DNA of 63,986 nucleotides, the filler included, from Sanchytrium tribonematis (lineage: Eukaryota): NCBI GenBank assembly GCA_018985235.1. It is 5 parts of 5 records of this genome, joined end to end, with 100 filler letters (N's around TTAATTAATTAA, not from the genome) between each part and the next. Parts side by side here need not be neighbours in the genome. Positions count along the whole stretch, not along the records: positions 54,851 to 63,986 come from JADGIG010000341.1; 4 more parts are not named here. One strand, written 5' to 3'. The position numbers and the translations under genes are program-made. This document shows, piece by piece, positions 54,851 through 63,986 of this stretch. Below the pieces are notes generated by a model that saw only the letters and a list, made by a program, of their open reading frames with translations, was not told the DNA's origin and made no database searches. How positions within the stretch are numbered: the stretch's first letter is position 1; each line of letters starts with the position of its first letter.

Positions 54851-55702
54851 TCAAATAATATTTCTGATCAGGATTTGATCATGGCCATGGAACCACCAAA
54901 ACCTCAATTACAGAGACAACAGCCTATGAACCCACAATTGCAGCAGTTTTTGAACAATCCACAATTAATGTCACAATTTCAACAGCTTCTTGGGCAAAAC
55001 AACGGCTCAAAAGATCCTATTGTTGAAAATTTTGAATATGCCATGGAACATTACCCTGAAGCCTTTAGTGGCATTAATATGCTATATATTCCTTGTCACA
55101 TCAATAAAATACCCATCTCCGCTTTTGTGGACTCAGGGGCACAAGCTACAATTATAAGCCTAGAGCTTGCCAGAAAATGTGGCATTGACCATTTAATTGA
55201 TAAAAGATTTGGCGGGGAGGCTAGGGGAGTTGGGATTGGTAAAATTTTAGGGCGAGTTCACGCTGCAGAGTTGGTTATTGATTCATTGCATCTGACTTGC
55301 ACATTTACCGTTATGGAAAAATTAGATTTGGAAATGCTTTTCGGATTAGATATGTTGAGAAGACATCAAGCTATCTTAGATTTAAATAAGGGGGTTTTGA
55401 GGCTTCAAAATAAGGAAATTCCATTTCTGTCAGAACATGAAATTCCCGCAAATTTATTTTCATCTAAAAACAAATTGTCGAAAAATGAACCCGCTGTTAA
55501 GTCCACCGAAATGGCTCCCAAACCGAAAGAGACTTCCGGTCAATCGTTGGGTGCTATTTCAAACAATTCAACTGCTCAATATTCAGAGGCATCTATTAAA
55601 CAATTGTTAGACCTAGGCGCCCAAAACAGACACCATGCGTTACAACTACTTAATGCAGCAAAAGGAAATTTAGATGTGGCGGCATCCTTGTTATTTCAAT
55701 AA
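54851..55702 (+). CDS. DDI1: DNA damage-inducible protein 1 (retroviral-like protease plus UBA), 5' partial
   Basis: PEAF...MLYI, AFVDSGAQATI, LFGLDMLRRHQ, UBA GNLDVAASLLF. Confidence 0.95.
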   Translation, partial: SNNISDQDLIMAMEPPKPQLQRQQPMNPQLQQFLNNPQLMSQFQQLLGQNNGSKDPIVENFEYAMEHYPEAFSGINMLYIPCHINKIPISAFVDSGAQATIISLELARKCGIDHLIDKRFGGEARGVGIGKILGRVHAAELVIDSLHLTCTFTVMEKLDLEMLFGLDMLRRHQAILDLNKGVLRLQNKEIPFLSEHEIPANLFSSKNKLSKNEPAVKSTEMAPKPKETSGQSLGAISNNSTAQYSEASIKQLLDLGAQNRHHALQLLNAAKGNLDVAASLLFQ

Positions 55703-55711
55703 ATTTACTAA

Positions 55712-57832
55712 TCACCACAAGTTTGTCAAAATCTTGTTAATTTGTTCATTAGTCCATTTATATTTTTCTGTCAGAACAGCGGCATTATACCCCGGCAAAT
55801 ACGCACCCGATTCAGCTGCTATATTGCCACTGCTGCTTTTTTTAAAAACTGGTTTGCTAATGAATTCAAACGTTCGACCACAGAATGCTCGGAAAGGATA
55901 ACCTGTTAAACCTTTCTCTGATCTTATTAGCATCTTATAGTCAAATTCGCTGTTGTTCAAACACTTCCAATATTCTAATCCATTTTCCATATCAGATAAA
56001 TTCATAAGGCAGCAGCAGTTCCCTACAAACTCATCCCAATTTTGGTATGAACCAAATTCATTTTTAACCAAATTCTCTGGTGTCAAATTTAGTTTTCAAC
56101 TTGGAACTTTGAGAAACAATGCCTAGCATACCTATTCCACAACTTACTAAAGCAACCAAACCCAAAACGATGAAATAATTTACGGTCATGCTTAATAATT
56201 TTCGATTTAAAATTGCATCCATGGATTTAATTTTGACACGATCCTCATTCTCAACGTACTTTAGAAATCCTTGTAGATTATTATTTGAGTAGGAATTAGA
56301 GGATTTCAGACTTTCTTCCTGCTTCTTGTCAAAGATATATCCTATCAATGACATCAGCAAAGGCAGCAATGAATTTGTCAGCACAGTGGGAATCACTAAG
56401 AAATCACTTATTGGAATGTCAGAGGCTTTTAGTATAACCAACAAGCAATTCATGATGTTAATCAAAATGGTAGTGTAAAACAAGTACTGATACCTTTTTA
56501 GCATGTACGGCTTGGAATACAGTGAAAACAAAAATGCGATACAATGTGCCAACAGTAAACAAATTGACGTTACCACGCTAAATTCAAATGAATTTAGAAA
56601 TACATAGATTACTACGACAAACAATCGGTACATCATGAGTACCAATTTGTAGTATTTCCATTTCATCACATAGCTATTGTACATACTAACACAAGAATTA
56701 TCACTTATGTGAACCAATATTGACCAGAAATCTTCTGTCGGTGAATTAACAATGTTAATTTGATCCAAAAAGTGAGAAATAGTCTTTACTAGTCTATGGA
56801 ATAACACTGGCACGCCTAATGTAAACGCAAATAGCAGTAAAATACTACCAGGCAGGAAATATTTATACATCTCCAAAGTGCAAGAATAGGCTGTATTGGA
56901 TGCCAGCAATAGATCTGATTCACCTGGACATACGTTCAATGTGCACTGCGCATCCACAATACAAGCCATACAAATGGAGGGTACTGCAAAAGGTTTTATC
57001 ACCTCAAAATTTAATTCCGAAGGCGGTAATCGATTAATAATTTGATTTTTCGGACAATTGCATTTTTTACAAAATAAAATTTCTAATATTGACGTTGTAA
57101 TTGGAATATAAATAAATCCTAAAATTACAAGAGTGATTTTCAACCCACTTTTTCTGAAATATGTATTCATTTTTGTAAAAAATACTTGCCCTTTTGAAAA
57201 ACAATTTCCAAAAAAGTTGAGTAGCAAGAAAAATCCTAAAATAAATATCGGCCACATATCTTTGCTGAATGCTATCCCACAAATAAGTATACTAATAAAT
57301 AGATTTCTCACTTGCTTGAAATTAGATTTCACATCTTAATTTGTTCAACTACGCTTTCAAGATTTTGGACATCTTCGAGACTCAATTTGTAATTGTGCTT
57401 GACGCGAAAATGTTTCACAGATCGAATTATGATAAATATTATCAGCATCAACAATAAAAGAGCGGCAGAGATAATTGCGAGTAGCTTATATTGAAATTGC
57501 GGCTCAATGAAGCTGTAGACAAAAAAACCAAACAACATTCCAATTATACTGGCCATAGTAACCAACACCCAGAGCACCACACTTGGTGACTTGAATAAAA
57601 ATAGCAAAATCATACAAATTGAGATCGGAATAATAGAGGTTATAAGGATATGGTTCACTCTGTAGTCCATCATAGGAATCCCATACAAAGATTCTAACAA
57701 ATTCAAATGAAGGTATTTAGTAAATGTGATATATTTTTGCCATGGCACAGTCCAGTTTAATTTTATACTGAAGCTTAGTCCCAAAAATTGAGAATACATT
57801 GCAAAAAGTTCAAAAAAAGAATTTAATTCCAT
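55712..57832 (-). pseudogene. Multi-pass membrane protein split into three overlapping ORFs (breaks near 57330 and 56070)
   Basis: Three co-oriented ORFs overlapping by 4 and 23 nt, with a continuous TM/Cys-loop architecture (YSQFLGL..I.LNW; YN.Y..KWKYYKLV; KPY). No consensus intron at either break. Confidence 0.55.
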
Positions 57833-57874
57833 TTAAATGGCCTAAAAGTACATTTTAATTTTGCAACAAGGGTG

Positions 57875-58234
57875 ATGCTTTTTGACTCGACAATCAAAGA
57901 ACTAGACGGGTTTATGAAATCTCTCTACGAGGACATGACTTCTGGTATTCCAATTAATGTCATTCGCAATGAAAAGGAATACATTATTCAGACCACAATT
58001 CAATCCAAGGAATTTGCCTCATTAGAAATTGATAATGGTAAATTAAAAATATGCACCAAGTACCCGCATGAAGGCGAAAATTACTATGTAAAAGAAATAT
58101 TTAATGGGTGTAGATCCCTAAAATTTCAAGATGCGAACATGGATGGTTCGCGTGCTGAAATGTACAACAATTTATTGCAAATAAGAATCCCAATTGAGAA
58201 AGGATCAATTAGAAAGCATATTACAATTCAATAA
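57875..58234 (+). CDS. Small heat-shock protein (HSP20/alpha-crystallin domain)
   Basis: YYVKEIFNGCRSL, AEMYNNLLQIRIP. Confidence 0.8.
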   Translation: MLFDSTIKELDGFMKSLYEDMTSGIPINVIRNEKEYIIQTTIQSKEFASLEIDNGKLKICTKYPHEGENYYVKEIFNGCRSLKFQDANMDGSRAEMYNNLLQIRIPIEKGSIRKHITIQ

Positions 58235-58239
58235 ATTTA

Positions 58240-58731
58240 TTATGAGCACTGTGAACTTACTTTGGTATTCAGAATTAAGGCCACGATGAGGCCATAAAGA
58301 CCTAGAACCTCGGCAAAAATCAATATTAAGACCATTCCAACGAATAGTTTAGAAGAATATGCAAGATTTCTTACACAAGCATCACCGACAACTCCGATTG
58401 CGTAACCAGCGGCAAGCCCCGACAGCCCAACGCATAATCCAGCTGCCATATGAATAAATCCACCTTGAAGGGTCATTTTATTTGGGCCAGGCTTTAAGCT
58501 GCCAGAAATAACAACGCTAACAACAAGGCCATAGACACTTATAATTCCAGCCATCACGACAGGTATCAGAGACTTCATAACCAAATCGGGCCTAAAAGTT
58601 CCCAAACCACCAATCCCAATACCACTTTTAGCAGTGCCATATGCGGCACCTATACTGGTAAATATCATAGCAAACGATGACCCTGCCAATGAAAAAAATG
58701 TTGCAAATATTGGACATTGTTCGGATGACAT
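58240..58731 (-). CDS. VMA11: V-ATPase proteolipid subunit c'
   Basis: [48 protein letters not shown]. Confidence 0.9.
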   Translation of the reverse strand: MSSEQCPIFATFFSLAGSSFAMIFTSIGAAYGTAKSGIGIGGLGTFRPDLVMKSLIPVVMAGIISVYGLVVSVVISGSLKPGPNKMTLQGGFIHMAAGLCVGLSGLAAGYAIGVVGDACVRNLAYSSKLFVGMVLILIFAEVLGLYGLIVALILNTKVSSQCS

Positions 58732-58758
58732 TACTGTAGCAAAAAATATTGAAATTTA

Positions 58759-59913
58759 TTAAATAGGAGGAAGTTCTTTGCGACAAGTAGGACATTGTAA
58801 CTTAACTTTTAGCCATTCTTGAAGGCATCTTTCATGAAATACATGATCACAAGGCGCCCTCATGATTCTATTTAGTAGCTGATACCCTTGGCTTTCTTCA
58901 CGAAGCTCTTCCAAACATATACCACAAGTGGTTTCATCATCCGCTTCTAGCTCGGAGATATAATTATGTGTTGGCTTGAGCTTTTTAATCAAAAAAGTAT
59001 TGAGAATAGGTATTTGATCGATGTAAAATCTAGGGTGGAAATATTGCAACGCCAACAAAACTGAAATTAAAAAAACTAGAGCAAGTAAGACAAATCCTTG
59101 ATAATGATGGTTTCCGAAATTAACTATATTCTTGGGACATCCCCAGACGTAAAGTGCAACATATAGCCTCGCAAAATTGGACAATAGAAATGGCCACGTG
59201 AATCCGGGTGTTATTCCTTCATAAAAGCAATACCAGACTTGCTTGATCCATCCAAAAATCAAAACAATAACGACAGCAAACGCTAATAATGGATGAACTT
59301 TCGCAGAAATGTATAACATAGAGCCCCAGAAGCAACATAAAAACCACGACTTTTCCATATAAATTACAAGGCGTGACATAAAAAATAAATGCATACCTAA
59401 GTAGAATAAGAGTGCTGCTCTAGTATCATCATAAACAGATTCTATATTAAGCAGGAAATAGAAATGAAGTACATCTAGAACTAAAGTGAATTGGAAAGTA
59501 ATTGCCACGATTTTTTCGGATCTCAGCTCAGACATTGATCTAAATTGAACGAATGATCCAAATAAACAAACAAGGATGGCGTATAAACCAAATTCTAATA
59601 AGTCCATACTTTTTCTTTTTAATTCATATTGTGAATAGCCATTCATTTCGAAGTCTATAGTTGAATTATCACAGGAAAAAATTTTCATATGACAAGTGGA
59701 TGGTGGATCATGGATGTCCACACGAAAGTGTGAGCTGCAGGAGTCTCTTACGTAAGCAGATAATTGTGAATGATTTAGATAACCACCAAATTCCATATAG
59801 TAATTATCAATGGACAAAATACCAGACGCACTCGAAATATCGCGATCATTCACATTTATATTCAATATATATTGTGAGGAATTGAAAAAAGCGGAATATT
59901 TCGCGAGCAACAT
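58759..59913 (-). CDS. Multi-TM RING-H2 E3 ubiquitin ligase, Tul1/Dsc1-like
   Basis: TM region, YVWGCPKN, CGIC...APCDHVFHERCLQEW...CPTCR. Confidence 0.85.
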   Translation of the reverse strand: MLLAKYSAFFNSSQYILNINVNDRDISSASGILSIDNYYMEFGGYLNHSQLSAYVRDSCSSHFRVDIHDPPSTCHMKIFSCDNSTIDFEMNGYSQYELKRKSMDLLEFGLYAILVCLFGSFVQFRSMSELRSEKIVAITFQFTLVLDVLHFYFLLNIESVYDDTRAALLFYLGMHLFFMSRLVIYMEKSWFLCCFWGSMLYISAKVHPLLAFAVVIVLIFGWIKQVWYCFYEGITPGFTWPFLLSNFARLYVALYVWGCPKNIVNFGNHHYQGFVLLALVFLISVLLALQYFHPRFYIDQIPILNTFLIKKLKPTHNYISELEADDETTCGICLEELREESQGYQLLNRIMRAPCDHVFHERCLQEWLKVKLQCPTCRKELPPI

Positions 59914-60089
59914 ATTTGGCTTTTGTGCAGATTCTCTGTTTCAAGTTTGGATGGTTGTATAAATTAATTTGCCCGTTTTTTCCTTGTTTGAGTTCACATC
60001 TTTAATAAGCATAGTATGAATAAAGCTCGACTTAGCGATAATTATTACATATCCGATTATTATTTGTCACAAATCTAAAATATTTCTCC

Positions 60090-61407
60090 ATGATTCGAAA
60101 TGTATTGAAAGATAGTGATAGAATTTTCACAAATTTATACGGACAGCATGATTTCAAACTAAAAGGCGCAATGAAGAGAGGAGACTGGTATAAGACTAAG
60201 GAAATTATGTTAAAACCTAATGATTGGATTATTAATGAAATGAAAGCTAGTGGACTCAGAGGAAGAGGTGGTGCCGGGTTTCCAACCGGCTTAAAATGGT
60301 CATTCATGACGAAACCAAGTGACAAGCCTAAATATTTAGTTGTAAACGCTGATGAAGGTGAGCCAGGAACTTGTAAAGATAGAGAAATAATTAGAAAAGA
60401 TCCTCATAAACTTATTGAAGGCTGTTTATTAGCAGGTAAAGCTATGGGAGCTAGAGCAGCGTATATTTATATTCGAGGCGAATTTTATAATGAAGCTTCC
60501 AATTTGCAATATGCTATAAACGAATGTTATAATTCAGGTCTGATTGGTAAAAACTCTTGTAACACTGGGTACGAATTTGATGTCTATGTCCACAGAGGTG
60601 CAGGTGCTTACATTTGTGGCGAAGAAACTGCGCTCATTGAGAGCATAGAAGGAAAGCAAGGAAAACCTCGCTTAAAGCCACCTTTCCCAGCAGATGTGGG
60701 TGTATTTGGATGTCCCACTACTGTGAGTAATGTTGAAACTGTTGCTGTGGCGCCAACCATTTTAAGACGCGGTGGTTCTTGGTTTGCTGGATTTGGAAGA
60801 AAGAATAACGCGGGAACAAAATTGTTTTGCATTTCTGGCCATGTGAATAATCCGTGCACGGTCGAAGAATCAATGTCAATACCATTAAAAGAATTAATTG
60901 AGCGACACTGCGGCGGAGTCAGAGGTGGTTGGGATAATTTGTTGGCAATAATACCTGGTGGGTCATCCGTTCATGTTCTACCAAAAGATATTTGCGATAA
61001 TGTTTTGTATTTGCAACTAATATAGAATGGACTTTGATGCTTTACGAGAAGCCCAGTCTGGTCTTGGAACGGCCGCTGTCATTGTTATGGATAAATCGAC
61101 TGACATCATAAAAGCGATTTCTCGATTGTCTTACTTTTATCAACACGAGAGCTGTGGACAATGCACTCCATGTAGAGAAGGAACTACATGGTTGAAAAAC
61201 GCAATGGCTAGATTTGTTGAAGGAAAAGCCACTTCTAGGGAAATTGACATGGTTCTTGAATTAACAAAGCAAATAGAAGGACATACCATTTGCGCTCTTG
61301 GAGATGCTGCTGCATGGCCAGTTCAGGGTCTCATTCGACACTTTCGACCTGAAATTGAGAAAAGAATCAAAAATTACAATGCGTCCCAAATTTCACAATT
61401 GACTTAA
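60090..61407 (+). CDS. NDUFV1: Complex I 51-kDa flavoprotein subunit (exons 60090-61006, 61026-61407)
   Basis: [33 protein letters not shown]; splicing restores [19 protein letters not shown]. Confidence 0.97.
61007..61025 (+). other. 19-nt spliceosomal intron
   Basis: GTATTTGCAACTAATATAG; removal restores VLMDFD. Confidence 0.94.
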
Positions 61408-61424
61408 ATTTAATAAAGATTCAT

Positions 61425-63882
61425 TTATTTTTTGTTCTCTGATTTTTCAGACTTGGCTGAAGTCATAGATTCAGGTGTCGTGGGAGATTTTGTAGATTTT
61501 GCTGGTTCGCTAAAACTTCCTAAAACTTTAGAAGGCGATATGCTATTTTGCTGACCAAAGCCAATCGAAATATTTTGCATATTAGCCTGTTGTATCAGAG
61601 GATCATTAGCCAAATTAAGTTGTCCACCTGGAATAATATTTGTAGATTGAGAATTGTTGACAGGACCGGTATAACCAGATCTATAGGCTGTCTGTCCTCC
61701 TTGTGGAAAACTTTGTTGCATATACATTAGTTGTTGTTGCTGCTGACTCATAATTGCTGCTTGCTGTTGCTCTCTAAGTGCTTTCTGCTGAGCGTCGTAT
61801 TTTTCTTTAAATCCTTTTGCCTTATCTAATTGTGGTTGCAAGTATTTTGTGTATTTTGAATCAATTTTAGTTGCAAAAGTATTGACCAGAGTATAAAAGC
61901 TATTTTGAAATGGAAGGGGATCAATTTTTACAGATAATGTTCCATTAGTTTGCGCTTGTTTCCACAATTCACCATACATAGATTTGTGATACTGAAGCAT
62001 TTTCTTATCTTCATCATCAAGATTTGCCACATCAGCGGCCATCGTAGTAACAAAATCATAAACAATTCGTAGCATAGCCTGAGAATGAGCGACTTGTTGC
62101 AAGGCATGCATATTTTGACTTTGAGCCTCCAATCGTTGGCGATTTTGTTGCGGGTAGTGCTGTTGTTGCTGTTGTAATTGTCTTTGCTGCTCCATTTGTC
62201 GTTGTTGCTGGATTTGAATCAGCCTTTCTGGAGGTGCCACTCCACTTATTTCGTACTCATCGATATCAAGTTCTTGCTCAATGGAAGTGCTTTCAGAATG
62301 GGAGGAAGCAGAAGAAATTTTTTCCAAATCAAATTCCTCTTCGCTTTCATCATCATTTTTCTTTTTTCGCCGTTTTTTAGTGACTTCCATGTCTAGTTCC
62401 TGATCTATTTCTTCAAGTAATTCTTGATCGATATCTTCTACGTCTACATCCATATCAATCATGCTACGATTTACTTTAATGATTTTCCTTCTACGTGGAA
62501 CATCCAAATCTTCAGTTATCAATGGAAATCCATGATTGTATAGGCACTGGACATACACAAGCTCAAGTTCTTGTGTGGTTTCCACAATGTCAGAGTCTGG
62601 ATCATTGTAATCGTGAGCGTTTCGAAACATTAAACAGATGTCATCATGAAATTCTTGAAAATTTGAGTACTTGGAGTCTAAAATTTTCATATAAATTGTG
62701 GATAAATCTATGGGATTTTTAATAACATCAAGATAATCGGGAATATCCAATTTGACTGGATCTACAGGCTCCTCAAAAGGCCACCCGTGGTTACTTGCTA
62801 ACATTTCCTTAATGATACTTGCGGCTGCAAATTCTTCTAAAATCGTCATTTCTAAATAAGTCATTTATACGAATTTCCTCTAAGGACTTTAAAAATTTTA
62901 AATCTGTCATGTCTACAAAATCATATTTGCCACTTGCAAAATTCTTTTCAACTTCTCTTTTGAAAAATGGAAACTTCATTGAAGGATCTTTGGCCCGAAG
63001 AGCATTGACTTTGCTAAAAAGAATTTTTTCCTTGTCAAGAATATCTTTTTTTAACAATTTTCCTGCTTGCTCTTCAATTCGTTGTTGTTCTTGTACCTGT
63101 CTCTGTTCCATAATAAATTCTGTCTCGCGCTTTCTTTGTTCCTGTCTCATCGATTCGTTGATTTGAACCTCCGCAATATCCAACAATCGTTTTGTTTCAA
63201 AAAGAGCTAAAGCAGGATCTTCAATAGCATGAGCGGATGACAGTAAATCCAAATGAGTAAGTAAATCCTCTTCAAACGAATCCTTACATTTTTTGATCGC
63301 AGATTTTAGGGTAGGGTGTTGATTAACCCAGTCTAATGCTAAAAAATTTTCCCATTCTCCCATATTTTTACAAACTAAATACCATTGGCCAGTCAATTTT
63401 TCCCACAAATCACTGTTTTTGCCAACTTTTTTGCTTTTTCCAAATTCCTCTGTATGGCTACGATACCAAAGGCATTCGTCATAAAGCCAATAAAAGGTAC
63501 CGCAACTTTCTTTGCTAGCTATAACCGGACTCCAAATAGGCTCAAATCTCATATATTCCGCATGGTATTTATCACTTGCATTTTTCCATTGCTCAAAATT
63601 AGATTGAAAGGCATTTTCAGTCAAGCAACTCAAGATTAAAAGTCTTAAATTTAATTGGCAAGAAAAAAAGCTGAAAGATTCCAATTTTTGCTTTTTCTTA
63701 GGAGGTGAAGAAGTATTGCTCGTTCTTTTGAGTGTTTCAGCTTTATCCTCCACGATTTTGGTATCCGGATCTACTTGCGTTTCGGAATATTGAAGCTTTT
63801 CCTCAATGTTTTGATCCTTTGGAATTGTAACACTTTCCATATTGGCTTGAGAAACAGTATTATTTGAAGCATTTGTCTTCAT
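61425..63882 (-). CDS. WHIM/WSD-like plus bromodomain chromatin protein, CECR2-like architecture (exons about 63882-62871, 62851-61425)
   Basis: GTFYWLY...YR and WYLVC...EW segments join, via a 19-nt intron, to WPFEEPVDP...PDYLDVIKNPIDL...NAHDYN. Start codon uncertain. Confidence 0.78.
62852..62870 (-). other. 19-nt spliceosomal intron
   Basis: GTATAAATGACTTATTTAG; fuses two overlapping ORFs in frame. Confidence 0.85.
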
Positions 63883-63986
63883 TAAAGATTCTTGCAAATT
63901 GACTGAAGTCGTTGGTCTCACAGCATTTGATTGTTAACTTTATCAGCATTTTGTCAATTGAAACGACTGCATGTTCTCTAGAAACT

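Noticed and set aside
54851..55702. Retroviral-type aspartic protease as a retroelement
   Set aside because: The DSGAQ protease plus UBA is the cellular Ddi1; no gag, RT, integrase or LTR is present.

Overview
Eukaryotic, AT-rich, extremely gene-dense DNA. It consists of five unrelated contigs joined by artificial 100-nt spacers (N44-TTAATTAATTAA-N44) at 13743, 27433, 41122 and 54751. The gene content (GH18 chitinase, Vma11, Ral, vinculin, ARMC9- and LRRC45-like proteins, complex I) suggests an early-diverging zoosporic fungus with a reduced genome; a sanchytrid-like organism is an inference only. About 50 CDS are supported, under the standard genetic code. Main observations: (1) nine spliceosomal introns, all exactly 19 nt, with consensus GTA...T-H-A-Y-N-W-AG and the putative branch A fixed at -6; (2) one 49-nt intron whose 30-nt internal hairpin leaves exactly 19 nt outside the fold, suggesting a length-measuring minimal spliceosome; (3) a DEAH-helicase paralog with degenerate ATPase motifs; (4) a tandem array of seven divergent, unrecognised putative secreted proteins (29.1-37.8 kb) with a shared upstream motif, gene conversion and frameshifted copies; (5) ultra-short N-terminal targeting peptides; (6) stop codons fused into AATAAA; (7) a 1.2-kb ORF-free, hairpin-rich region and a candidate C/D snoRNA.
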